Virus record (IMG/VR): IMGVR_UViG_3300002036_000002
Coordinates: 1 to 34,788 of that record
Direction: 5' to 3' (one strand)
DNA length: 34,788 nucleotides
Source of the DNA: a virus
The notes beneath the pieces are model-generated. The model was not told the DNA's origin. It saw only the letters and a program-made list of their open reading frames with translations, and made no database searches. The position numbers and the translations under genes are program-made. Numbering within the stretch: position 1 is the stretch's first letter; every line of letters begins with the position of its first letter. Positions 25,110 to 34,214 of the stretch are shown one piece after another.

Positions 25110-25442
25110 ATGGGATTCGGAGGCGGAAATAATTCTAGAAGAGAAGCCGAGAGGGCTTCAAAGAATCGAGAGCGAGAACTCGCCAATCGAGAGCGTGATC
25201 TCGAAAGGCAGCTTAGTCGTTTAGAAGAGCAGCCCCTACCAGAGCCTCCTGAACCGATCCCCCCTGCTCCTGCTCCTGCTCAGAGATCAGCGACAGAGAT
25301 TGAAGAAGCCGACCGATCTGCAAGGGAACGGGCTAAAAGGCGTCGAGGGTTAGCTGCCACCCGAAGGGCTGGAGAGACAGGATCAGGCGTAAGGGCTACT
25401 GGACCAGACAGGCTTGGAGGCCAAAAACAAACCTTGGGCTAA
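25110..25442 (+). CDS. Arg/Glu- and Pro-rich small protein.
   Basis: Charged coiled-coil-like N-terminus, a PEPPEPIPPAPAPA linker and a basic C-terminus. TAATG overlap with the portal gene. Confidence 0.5.
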   Translation: MGFGGGNNSRREAERASKNRERELANRERDLERQLSRLEEQPLPEPPEPIPPAPAPAQRSATEIEEADRSARERAKRRRGLAATRRAGETGSGVRATGPDRLGGQKQTLG

Positions 25443-27082
25443 TGGATAGCGACCGCGTAGAGCAGGAGCTTAAAATGGTCGATGCCCTGGAGACTCGCAG
25501 GGCTCCATGGGACTCTAAATTTCAAGAGCTTGCTGAATATATTCAGCCCAGGAAAAGCTACATCACAAGACAGTCGCATTCTCCAGATGGAAGCGCCGAA
25601 GCAAGGCTTTTCGATACTACGGCAGTCCGCGCGAATCTAACCTTGGCATCTGGATTCATGCAATGGATGGTTCCAAAGGGATCTACATGGTTCCGTTTTG
25701 AGCCGCCTCCACAAATTGCAGAATTAGATGCTGTTTCTTCATGGTATAACGAATGCTCATCTAGAGCACTGATCGAGCTTGAAAACTCAAATTTCTATAC
25801 CGAAATCCACGAATTCTTTCTCGATCGATCTTGTTTTGGGACATCGTTACTATTTGTAGACGAGGGAGAAGAGAGGGTTTTCAATTTTCAATGTTGGCCT
25901 GTTGGGCACTTCTCAATTTCAGAAGATCACAATGGATTTGTTGATGTTGTAACAAGGAAATCAAAGAAGACGGCCAAGCAGCTTGAACAGATGTTTGGAA
26001 AAGATGCTCTCCCCGAGAAGATTCAAGAGGCATTGTCCGACATCTCAAAAAGAGAACAAACCTTTGAGATCGTACACGTGATTCGACCGCGTGATCAATC
26101 TGAGATTGACGAGAAAGCCATCGGAGGAGCATCTCTTCCAGTTGCAGATTTATACATTTCCAGAGAAGGGAAGACTCTTCTTAGAGAGTCTGGTTATGAG
26201 GAAATGCCAGCATTTGCCTCAAGGTATTTGAAGTGGGGAGACGGTCCTTATGGGTGGTCCCCCGGGTGGGTAGTGCTTCCAGATGCAAAACAATTGAACG
26301 TCTTGCAAAGATTGATGGATCAATTGTGCGAAGTTCAGGTTCAGCCTAGAGTTTTAATCCCAAGCTCTCACGAGGGGATTATAGATTTTAGAGCACATGG
26401 CAAAACAGAGTATGATGATCCGAACATGATCCCCAGGGAGTGGTTAACCCAGGGGCGATATGATATTGGGATTCAAAGAATTTCGGAGAAGCAGGAAAAT
26501 ATACGAGAGGCTATGCATAATGACCTTTTCCGAATGTTTGCAGCGATTGACAAGCAGATGACAGCGCGGGAGGTGAGTGCTAGAGAAAGCGAAAAATTGA
26601 CCCTGATTTCTCCTACTTTTACTAGACTGACACGAGAAGTGTTTGATCCGATGTTGCGAAGAGTATTCACAATTTTAGTAAGACGATCTATTCCTGATTG
26701 GGAGAGCGGAAGAGATGGAATATTACCCGTTCCTCCTAGAGAAATTCTAGAAATTGCTGGAGGACTTGGAGTATTTGAACCTAAAGTTGCTTATGCTTCA
26801 AGGATCGGCCTTTCTCAGGACGCCCTTGAAAATGAAGGGATATTAAGGACAATGGATACCGCCGCCCAGATTGAGGGGCTGGTTCCTGGGACATTAGACA
26901 ATTTCGATGTTGATGAGATGATCCGAGTGGTAGCTAGAAATAATGGCGCTCCCGAAGGATCAATAAGGGAAGAAGACGAAAGAGATGAAATCAGACAGCA
27001 AAAGGCGGCTGCTGCACAAGAGTCGCAAATAGCAGAGCTTGCAAGTGGGGCTGCAGATGGAAGCATTCCTCTACCTCAATAG
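25442..27082 (+). CDS. Portal (head-tail connector) protein, T7 gp8-like.
   Basis: 546 aa. The position is after terL and before the scaffold and capsid genes. The N-terminal R-x-P-W ... E-L-A-E-Y-I-Q-P pattern is typical of podovirus connectors. Confidence 0.8.
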   Translation: MDSDRVEQELKMVDALETRRAPWDSKFQELAEYIQPRKSYITRQSHSPDGSAEARLFDTTAVRANLTLASGFMQWMVPKGSTWFRFEPPPQIAELDAVSSWYNECSSRALIELENSNFYTEIHEFFLDRSCFGTSLLFVDEGEERVFNFQCWPVGHFSISEDHNGFVDVVTRKSKKTAKQLEQMFGKDALPEKIQEALSDISKREQTFEIVHVIRPRDQSEIDEKAIGGASLPVADLYISREGKTLLRESGYEEMPAFASRYLKWGDGPYGWSPGWVVLPDAKQLNVLQRLMDQLCEVQVQPRVLIPSSHEGIIDFRAHGKTEYDDPNMIPREWLTQGRYDIGIQRISEKQENIREAMHNDLFRMFAAIDKQMTAREVSARESEKLTLISPTFTRLTREVFDPMLRRVFTILVRRSIPDWESGRDGILPVPPREILEIAGGLGVFEPKVAYASRIGLSQDALENEGILRTMDTAAQIEGLVPGTLDNFDVDEMIRVVARNNGAPEGSIREEDERDEIRQQKAAAAQESQIAELASGAADGSIPLPQ

Positions 27083-27093
27083 AAATATAATAT

Positions 27094-27417
27094 ATGAGCC
27101 TTGGAAAAATTACTCTTTCGGAAGATAACGCCGATTCTGATGAGAAGGCGAGGAGATTTTTGGAATCTAAAAGATCTGAGAAGAAGTCTCTCATAGAAGC
27201 CTACCATGAAACATTTACTTCAGAAGCCGGGAAACAAGTTTTTAGAGATCTTCAAAAGCTTTTTGATCCAAATTTATCAGCATTCGATGAGGCTTGTAAA
27301 AAGGGAAGCGATGGGATGACTACAGCAATGGCAATGTCTGCCATAGACTCACAGAGTCGCCCTGTTCGACACATAAGACATATGGTCGAAACGTTCAATA
27401 AAAACCCCAATCAGTAA
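27094..27417 (+). CDS. Small conserved phage protein of unknown function.
   Basis: ORF from the track. FTSEAGKQVFRDLQKLF resembles small portal-adjacent proteins of podoviruses. Confidence 0.45.
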   Translation: MSLGKITLSEDNADSDEKARRFLESKRSEKKSLIEAYHETFTSEAGKQVFRDLQKLFDPNLSAFDEACKKGSDGMTTAMAMSAIDSQSRPVRHIRHMVETFNKNPNQ

Positions 27418-27435
27418 ACATTAAACAGAAAAACA

Positions 27436-27735
27436 ATGCATCCAGAAAGCGAAGGAGATCAAGAGAACGGAAATACACAAGGAGAAGAGATAGAAGTGGT
27501 TTATCCAGAGGATAAGCCTGAAAGGAAGAAGCCGGGCCCAAAGCCAAAATCTTCAAAGAAAGCTCCAGATCCTCCATTAAAAATGCCGCAGTTCGGGGTT
27601 AAGACTCCATCATATTTAGCATGGTGTAAGGTATTTGATTTGAAGCAGTTTAAATCGATTATGGGAGATTATGAAGTTCATGAGAGCCATCAAGAGGAAT
27701 TCGCGCAGGAAGTGAATAAATATCAAAACTTGTAA
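27436..27735 (+). CDS. Hypothetical basic protein.
   Basis: ORF from the track. Confidence 0.4.
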   Translation: MHPESEGDQENGNTQGEEIEVVYPEDKPERKKPGPKPKSSKKAPDPPLKMPQFGVKTPSYLAWCKVFDLKQFKSIMGDYEVHESHQEEFAQEVNKYQNL

Positions 27736-27737
27736 AA

Positions 27738-28625
27738 ATGGAAGCAGCAGCACCAGAACCAGGACCACCAGAACCAGGAGCAGCAGGAGAGGGAGGATCT
27801 CCGTCTCCGAGTGAGCATGCTTTTTCTGGATTGATCGGAGAAGACGGATCATTTGAAGATGGATGGCTAGACAAACTTCCGGACGATAAATTCGCGGATT
27901 ACAAATCTACTCTTTCCAATATGACCTCCCTTGATGGGATGGCTAAGGCTCTTGTAGATAATATGAAGGCGGCTCGGGATAAAAATGAGGGGATGGTAAA
28001 AGTTCCTGGAGAAAATGCCACTCAAGATGAAGTCGCTGAATTTAGAAAAACATTAGGAGTCCCCTCCGAAGCATCAGAATATGGAATTTCCCGTCCGGAG
28101 GGGATGCCAGAAGATTCTTGGAATGATGAAGACGCCAAATTGTTAGGGGAATCCCTCATAAAGCACGGAGCTCCTAAAGATCTTGCATCAGATCTTTTGG
28201 TGTTGGATGCAAAAAGGCAGGAAAGGGCAGCGCAGCAAGCCAAGGATGAATTGATATTAGACCAGCAAAAAATTAAATCTATTTACGGGGATAAGCTGGA
28301 ATCTAAAAAATATCAAGTTCACAGCCTTTTATCAGACCTTAAAACAAAATTTGGCATTGAAAATCTCTCGGCAGATCACCCCGCGATGACTCATCCAGAA
28401 GTATTTCAAGCATTTGCTGAGATCGCGGGAGTTCTAGGGGGATCAAAGGCATCTGGGTTTTCTTCTGTTTCAAATGCCCCTTCAAGTAATCAGGAGCGAG
28501 CAGAGGCTATAATTGGAAATCGGGCTGATGGATCTTCTGATGCGCAGATCGCCAGGGATTATCATGGAGGAGACTCCGCGGCAAGAAAGAAGGCAAACGA
28601 GTTTGTCACAAGCCTTTTGGGGTGA
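27738..28625 (+). CDS. Scaffolding (capsid assembly) protein.
   Basis: Located between the portal and major capsid genes. Acidic and helical, with the motif FRKTLGVPSEASEYGI that is common in podovirus scaffolds. Confidence 0.7.
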   Translation: MEAAAPEPGPPEPGAAGEGGSPSPSEHAFSGLIGEDGSFEDGWLDKLPDDKFADYKSTLSNMTSLDGMAKALVDNMKAARDKNEGMVKVPGENATQDEVAEFRKTLGVPSEASEYGISRPEGMPEDSWNDEDAKLLGESLIKHGAPKDLASDLLVLDAKRQERAAQQAKDELILDQQKIKSIYGDKLESKKYQVHSLLSDLKTKFGIENLSADHPAMTHPEVFQAFAEIAGVLGGSKASGFSSVSNAPSSNQERAEAIIGNRADGSSDAQIARDYHGGDSAARKKANEFVTSLLG

Positions 28626-28639
28626 TTCCCAGCAACAAA

Positions 28640-28690
28640 CCCCTCGGCCTGGTTTTTGGTATAGTGTTTTCCAGGCCGGGGGAATTTTTA
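28640..28690 (+). terminator. Intrinsic terminator-like hairpin after the scaffold gene.
   Basis: cccctcggcctgg / ccaggccggggg form 12 bp with one bulged T and an 18-nt loop, followed by aattttta. Confidence 0.55.
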
Positions 28691-28691
28691 G

Positions 28692-28720
28692 TTGCAATAT
28701 TTAAATGTAGTTGATAATCT
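28692..28720 (+). promoter_or_regulatory. Weak candidate promoter for the capsid gene.
   Basis: TTGCAA, a 17-nt spacer, then TAATCT. Confidence 0.25.
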
Positions 28721-28738
28721 ATATATAGAGCATATGAC

Positions 28739-28841
28739 CCAGGAGAAATCCTGGCCTATCGGCCGCTCGCCGACCTAATAACGGCGACCCGCGTGTGCGG
28801 CTTATCGCTGGAGGCGGAAATAATCCTTCTTCAACGATAAG
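28739..28841 (+). promoter_or_regulatory. GC-rich structured 5' leader of the capsid gene with four consecutive hairpins.
   Basis: ccagga-gaaa-tcctgg (28739-28754). tcgccg-9nt-cggcga (28767-28787). ccgc-gtgt-gcgg (28789-28800). cttatcg-27nt-cgataag (28801-28841), which encloses GGAGG and ends 5 nt before the ATG. Confidence 0.55.
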
Positions 28842-28846
28842 AAAAT

Positions 28847-29734
28847 ATGGACACAATTGATAAAGCGGCAATAACCAAGTTCAAACTTGATTATAATCAT
28901 GCTGTACAACAGGTAAATTCAAAGCTGGAAGGTACTGTAATGGTAGACCAGCACGAGGGAAAGCGTAAGCGTTATACAATCCAAGACGAGCTTTCTTATT
29001 CAGCCAGGTCTGGCAGGCTACAAGACACCACCAATACGGAGGCTCAATATAATTTCCGGTGGCTTAATACAACTCCGTACGATCTCAGCCCAACTTGGGA
29101 TAGGGACGACGAGTTTTTGCTTGCTGAGATGACAAATCCTAGATCTCCATTGATGATGGGGATGACGTATGCTTATAAGCGGCTATGCGATGACATCAAA
29201 ATTGCAGCCCTCTCTGCTTCTGCGGTAGAAGGCGAAGATGGAACCGTGACAACAGCATTTCCTGCAAGTCAGGATGTTCCTGTCGATTATGTTGAGACCG
29301 GAACTGCCGCAAACAGCAACTTCACATTAGGAAAAATGAGGCGGATTCTAGAGGTTTTCAACGAAAATGATGTTGATCCAGGTCTAGAAAAATTCTGCCT
29401 TATTGGGCCTAGCCAGTTGAAGTCCTTACAGAGGATTCCAGAATATCAGAACTTGGATACTAACAGTAAACGAGCTCTTGTAACTGGAGAGCCTACTCCA
29501 TTCCTTGGGCTGACGTTTATTCTTAGCACAAGGCTTTCTGATGCAGCTAATGTTAGGACATGTTTTGCGTATACAAAACCAACGTTGATCTTCAATCCAG
29601 GCCCTCTGGATATTGATTTCAGCGAAAGAACTGATAAAAGGCACGATAGACAGATTTACAGCTATGCTCGTCTAGGAGCAATGAGGCTGTATGACAAGCA
29701 GGTTGTTAGGTTCTTTGCAGATGAGACAACCTAA
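28847..29734 (+). CDS. Major capsid protein.
   Basis: 295 aa. The position is after the scaffold gene and before the tubular-protein genes. It is flanked by strong hairpins, as for highly expressed capsid genes. Confidence 0.75.
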   Translation: MDTIDKAAITKFKLDYNHAVQQVNSKLEGTVMVDQHEGKRKRYTIQDELSYSARSGRLQDTTNTEAQYNFRWLNTTPYDLSPTWDRDDEFLLAEMTNPRSPLMMGMTYAYKRLCDDIKIAALSASAVEGEDGTVTTAFPASQDVPVDYVETGTAANSNFTLGKMRRILEVFNENDVDPGLEKFCLIGPSQLKSLQRIPEYQNLDTNSKRALVTGEPTPFLGLTFILSTRLSDAANVRTCFAYTKPTLIFNPGPLDIDFSERTDKRHDRQIYSYARLGAMRLYDKQVVRFFADETT

Positions 29735-29754
29735 AAAATAAACCCCCAACTCTG

Positions 29755-29798
29755 CCCCTCCCAAGTTCCTATTTTAGCATTGGTAGGCTTGGGAGGGG
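29755..29798 (+). terminator. Strong hairpin after the capsid gene; a leaky terminator or mRNA stabiliser.
   Basis: cccctcccaag / cttgggagggg give a perfect 11-bp stem, with an inner ccta/tagg extension. Only a short T run follows. Confidence 0.45.
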
Positions 29799-29808
29799 TT
29801 CTAATAAA

Positions 29809-30444
29809 ATGGATCGCACTCAAATAGCAAATTTTGCATTACGCCATATAGGCGACGCCGAGATAAATTCGCTTGATGAGAGCACAGAGCCAGCCAGGGT
29901 TTGCAAAAGATTTTTTGATCAATCTAGGGATGAGGCTCTCAGAGAGCACCCCTGGAATTTCTCAATAAAAAGAGCTGTTTTAGCAAGGCTTTCTCCAGCT
30001 CCTCTATTCGGATGGAATTATAGGTATGAACTTCCAGTAGATTGGCTTAGAAACATTAGGCTAAACGATTACGAGGTATGGGATACCTGGCAAGACAGAT
30101 TTGTTATAGAGGGAAGAGAAATCCTCACAAATCAGGACGAGGCTAAAATTATATATGTTGGAAGAGTTGAGAACCCAAATCTTTTCGACGCATTGTTTGT
30201 AGAAGCGCTATCTCTTAAACTAGCTTCTAAAATTGCGGTCAATCTTTCAAACTCCCAGTCCCTAAAGGAAATACTCATTACAGAGTATAACAATCTTATT
30301 GCCCCTATGGCAAAGAGAATTGATTCTGCCGAAAGTAGAGGAAGAAGAAATCAATTTTTTGAAAGCTCTCTAGTTGATGCTAGACAGGACGGCGGTAGAT
30401 CAGGATATACTACAGCGGCAGACTTTAATTTTAGTGATTATTAA
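29809..30444 (+). CDS. Tail tubular protein A / adaptor (T7 gp11-like).
   Basis: IANFALRHIGDAEINSLDES...ARVCKRFFDQSRDEALREHPWNF parallels the gp11 N-terminal pattern. The gene order also fits. Confidence 0.7.
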   Translation: MDRTQIANFALRHIGDAEINSLDESTEPARVCKRFFDQSRDEALREHPWNFSIKRAVLARLSPAPLFGWNYRYELPVDWLRNIRLNDYEVWDTWQDRFVIEGREILTNQDEAKIIYVGRVENPNLFDALFVEALSLKLASKIAVNLSNSQSLKEILITEYNNLIAPMAKRIDSAESRGRRNQFFESSLVDARQDGGRSGYTTAADFNFSDY

Positions 30445-30447
30445 TAG

Positions 30448-33078
30448 GTGCCAAACGATTTCCTAAATAGCTTTAATGGAGGGGAGCTTGGTCCCCTTTT
30501 AGACTCAAGAGCAGATCTAGAAAAGTATAGATCTAGCGGGCGAAGGATATCTAACGCGGTCTCGACAACTTACGGGCCAGCCTTTTCTAGGGGAGGCACT
30601 GAATTTTTTGGAGAATGCAAATTCAATAATCGGCCTACTGGAGTAATAGGGTTCAATTACTCTACAACAACCAATTTTATTATTGAAATTGGGCATCTCT
30701 ATTTTAGGTTTTGGTCTACCAATGGCAGGGTATTCGATCCTGCTTCACCATCTGTTCCTTTAGAAATATCCCACCCATACGAGGACGGCCAGATTTTTGA
30801 CATCAAATTTTTCCAAATTAACGATGTTGTATATTTCGTTCACCCATCCCATCCGGTTTCAACTCTAGTAAGGGTTTCTGATGATCTGTGGGAATTCCAA
30901 GAGGAAGACTATGGGGCTATTGGGAATTATCCCCCAGTTATGGATGAAAATCTTACTGATACGACTATTTCAATGACCTCTACTATGGGGACGGCATGGG
31001 CTGGAAATACAAACTACGATGTATCAGATGTGGTCTCTAATTTAGGCAGCAATTATTCCTGCAAGCAGGACGTTAGAGTAACGGCCACGGCATGGGATAG
31101 AAGGACAACTTACGAAGCTGGGGATTTTGTAGAGGAATCTGGGACTATTTATCGATGCATTGAGAGTCATTCTTCTAGTAATAATTTTTCTGATGATTCA
31201 GACAAATGGGAAGAAGATGATTCTAATGGAGAGACATTTGCTCAACAACTGAGCAGGGGAAAGTGGCAGATTAACGGATTAAGTAGAGACTCGGTTGTAG
31301 CATTGACTGCTAGTTCTAATTTATTCGAAGATGGCCACGAAGGGGGATTTTTCGAAATTTCGCATATTCGGGGAGAGGCATTTGTGGATTTATTTCTGAC
31401 ATTTAATGGTTCTACTGCTGGGCTTTCTACAGTTGGGAAATGGTCTTTTTCTACTTCTGGGAACTGGAACGGAATAGTCAGGATAGAAAGAAGCGATGAC
31501 AATGGGGTTACATGGGAAACGATACGGTCATTCTCTTCTAAAAACGATTCCAACAAATTAGCCAATGGACAGGAGGAAGACCAAGTCTTACTCAGGCTTA
31601 GCCATACTTCTACAGGATTAAATAATAGTGGAACATTTGTTCCTAGGGCTCTTTTAGAATTAGAAAGCGGTAAAGTTTCAGGAGTAGTAAAAATAACAGA
31701 GGTTAATTCTCCAACATCTGCGACGGGAATAGTTACTATTGGGCTCCATTCTGGATCTGCTACCCGCCGATGGGCAGAGGGAGCTTGGAGCAGAAAGAAC
31801 AGTTTCCCAAGAGCCATAGCGTTACACGAACAACGACTTGTTTTTGGAGGAACTCTATCACAACCTCTAAATATTTGGGGATCTGTAATCGGAGATTTTG
31901 GAGATTTTAGGATCTCATCTTTGGATGATGGAGCTTTTTCTTATGCTCTTGCAGCAAGGCAATCTAGCGTTATAGAGTGGATGGAAAGCCTTGATAGGCT
32001 TCTGATCGGCACAAGGGGTCAAGAGTTTATAGTTCGAGGAGGAGGCGAAGATGATCCTATAACCCCCACAAACGTTCAAGTAAGACCCCAATCAGGACGA
32101 GGCAGCCATCCAGTGCAGGCGCTTTTAGCCGATGATGTAGTTTTGTTTGTGCAGAGAGGAGGGCAAAGAATACGTGAATTTGTATATTCTTTTGAAAAAG
32201 ATGGGTTTGTTTCTCCAAATCTTTCCCTTTTGGCTAATCATCTGACTAGGCCTATTATAAAACAGATGGCATTCCAGAGCCACCCCGATGGAATATTGTG
32301 GGCAGTTACTGAAACGGGAGATCTTCTTGCCATGACCTATGACAGGGAGCAGAGCGTTGTTGGTTGGAATCCTCAGCCTATGAGTGGTGGGGATTCGGTT
32401 ATCAGCGTGGCCACTACGTATGGAGAAGATGTAGGGACTGATGAGGTTTGGATTGTAGCACAAAGAACCATAAACGGACAGGTTAAGAACTACATAGAGA
32501 GAATCGATCCGCTTGCTAGAGAAAAGCAAGAAGATGAGGATGTTGATGAATATATAGGCAGTGATTCTGCTATTGTTTCCATAAATACAGACAAGGTTTC
32601 ATCAGTCTCTGGACTTGGTCATTTAGAAGGAAGGACAGTAAAAGTCTTGGGAGATGGGGGAGAGCAACTAGATCAAGTAGTTTCATCAGGAACAATTGAT
32701 ATTCAGAGACCATCTAGAAAAATAGTCGTAGGACTTGAGCTTGAAACATTGATTCAGCCTATGAAATTGTCTGCGGAACTCCAAGACGGCCTATCAAGAG
32801 GAAGAAAGCAGAGAATCCATGCTATGAGGTTAGATTTCTATAAAACTAGAGGGGCAGAATTTACCGATGATCCTGATTCCGGGAAGTGGGATTTTGTAGG
32901 ATTCCGAGATTCTTCTGATAGGATGGATAATCCGTCCCCTCTTTTTACTGGAGAGACAAAAGATTTGCATGTTAATTCACGACACAGAAGACATCTTGAT
33001 TTTGCGGTAAGGCATACAAGTCCTCTTCCATTTTGTTTAAGGGCAATAATACCAAAATATGAATCTTATGGAGACTGA
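30448..33078 (+). CDS. Tail tubular protein B / nozzle (T7 gp12 position) with inserted CBM5/12-like repeats.
   Basis: 876 aa with a GTG start. The gene order fits. See the finding on 30991-31215 for the W...Y..GD.V...G..Y.C repeats. Confidence 0.7.
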   Translation: MPNDFLNSFNGGELGPLLDSRADLEKYRSSGRRISNAVSTTYGPAFSRGGTEFFGECKFNNRPTGVIGFNYSTTTNFIIEIGHLYFRFWSTNGRVFDPASPSVPLEISHPYEDGQIFDIKFFQINDVVYFVHPSHPVSTLVRVSDDLWEFQEEDYGAIGNYPPVMDENLTDTTISMTSTMGTAWAGNTNYDVSDVVSNLGSNYSCKQDVRVTATAWDRRTTYEAGDFVEESGTIYRCIESHSSSNNFSDDSDKWEEDDSNGETFAQQLSRGKWQINGLSRDSVVALTASSNLFEDGHEGGFFEISHIRGEAFVDLFLTFNGSTAGLSTVGKWSFSTSGNWNGIVRIERSDDNGVTWETIRSFSSKNDSNKLANGQEEDQVLLRLSHTSTGLNNSGTFVPRALLELESGKVSGVVKITEVNSPTSATGIVTIGLHSGSATRRWAEGAWSRKNSFPRAIALHEQRLVFGGTLSQPLNIWGSVIGDFGDFRISSLDDGAFSYALAARQSSVIEWMESLDRLLIGTRGQEFIVRGGGEDDPITPTNVQVRPQSGRGSHPVQALLADDVVLFVQRGGQRIREFVYSFEKDGFVSPNLSLLANHLTRPIIKQMAFQSHPDGILWAVTETGDLLAMTYDREQSVVGWNPQPMSGGDSVISVATTYGEDVGTDEVWIVAQRTINGQVKNYIERIDPLAREKQEDEDVDEYIGSDSAIVSINTDKVSSVSGLGHLEGRTVKVLGDGGEQLDQVVSSGTIDIQRPSRKIVVGLELETLIQPMKLSAELQDGLSRGRKQRIHAMRLDFYKTRGAEFTDDPDSGKWDFVGFRDSSDRMDNPSPLFTGETKDLHVNSRHRRHLDFAVRHTSPLPFCLRAIIPKYESYGD

Positions 33079-33520
33079 ATTGAAATTTAGACCATACGAT
33101 CGCAATAGTAAGGAGGACGAAATCCTTATAAATGGGTGGAGAGAATTTCACGGGAGGGCTAAAATGCCGTCTTCTGCCATGTCTCCTTTCTCCATTATAG
33201 TAGAATCAAATGGGGTTCCTGTATCGTTCTGTTCGTGTTATGCGGCATTCGGATGTGGATTTGCATGGGTTGACTGGATAACAGCCCGTCCAGGGAATAG
33301 TCTTTCGATTTCTAGAAAGGCCATAGCTATGGCCGTGGAAGAATCTATAGTTTCTGCTGACTTGTTTTGTAAAAATAATGGAGAAGGGATTTCTATAGTT
33401 TATGGAGCTCTTGAAGAGTCTCTGGCTAATGAGGCAGAAAAAATAGGATTTATTAGGTGCGGATCGGGCGCTACAATTGTGGCAAAACGAATTGATGGGA
33501 AGGGGAATGGTTATGGCTGA
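33059..33520 (+). CDS. Small protein in the T7 gp13 position, with weak GNAT-like features.
   Basis: ITARPGNSLSISRKAIAMAVEE...ANEAEKIGFIRCG resembles the GNAT beta4-alpha3 segment and the C-terminal A-x-x-x-x-x-x-GF motif. This is weak. Confidence 0.35.
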   Translation: MNLMETELKFRPYDRNSKEDEILINGWREFHGRAKMPSSAMSPFSIIVESNGVPVSFCSCYAAFGCGFAWVDWITARPGNSLSISRKAIAMAVEESIVSADLFCKNNGEGISIVYGALEESLANEAEKIGFIRCGSGATIVAKRIDGKGNGYG

Positions 33521-34214
33521 TCCTTATACATGGGTTGCTATAGGATCTTTAGTGTTAGGTGGAGTTTCCGCTGGAGTTAACTATTCTGCTCAAAAAGATC
33601 AGGCAGAAACTCAGGCTTTCTTAGCAGAGCAAAATGCAAGAATTGACTCAAGAAACGCAGCTCTTAGGCAAAGAACTGACGAAATAAATGCTCTTGTAAC
33701 AGAGCGGCAATTAGAGGCAGAGGCTCGCGCAAACGAAGCAAATGCTAGTCAGCTTGAGGCTCAGGGAGAACAGGTAGCTAGCCGAACTAGATCGGAAATA
33801 TCAAGGCAGAGAGACGAGTTTAGAAGAGTCCAAGCTAGACAGAGAGCTCGTATAGCAAAATCTGGAGTAGTAGAATCAGGAACACCTCTTGCAATTTTAG
33901 GAGAAACTGCCGGACAAGTCCAGGTAGCTTTAGAGGAAATACAATTTCAGGGAGAAGGAGAGAGAAGGCAGCTTCAAAGAAGGGCAGACCTAGAAAGATT
34001 CAATGGGAGCCAAAATCTTTTTGATGCAAACATCCAAAAAATACAAGGAAGTGCTGCTGCTGTCAGAGGGACGAATGCTTTAAGGACTGCTGAAATCAAT
34101 CGGTTGGCTGGCGTTGCCGGATCAAGAGCAACGAGACAAAGAGCTAATGCTTCCCTGATATCTTCAGGAGCATCGTTATTTGGGAACGCCAGTAATTTAA
34201 ACTCAATCAGATAA
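33513..34214 (+). CDS. Internal virion protein (gp14 position): N-terminal TM segment plus a long coiled coil.
   Basis: MADPYTWVAIGSLVLGGVSAGVNY is followed by a Q/A/E/R-rich helical sequence. ATG 33513 is preceded by AAGGGGA. The track start at 33477 is in frame and also possible. Confidence 0.6.
   Translation: MADPYTWVAIGSLVLGGVSAGVNYSAQKDQAETQAFLAEQNARIDSRNAALRQRTDEINALVTERQLEAEARANEANASQLEAQGEQVASRTRSEISRQRDEFRRVQARQRARIAKSGVVESGTPLAILGETAGQVQVALEEIQFQGEGERRQLQRRADLERFNGSQNLFDANIQKIQGSAAAVRGTNALRTAEINRLAGVAGSRATRQRANASLISSGASLFGNASNLNSIR

Noticed and set aside
27738-27800. The ccagaaccagga repeats at the 5' end of the scaffold gene, and the antisense ORFs 27616..27874, as a separate element.
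   Set aside because: The region encodes a Pro/Gly/Ala/Glu-rich disordered N-terminus (EPGPPEPGAAGEGG) of the scaffold protein. The period is a multiple of 3, and the antisense ORFs are shadows.
28739-28841. The GC-rich structured segment as a tRNA or tmRNA-like gene.
   Set aside because: There is no cloverleaf arrangement and no GTTCGAATC-type T-loop or acceptor/anticodon geometry. The hairpins are serial rather than nested.
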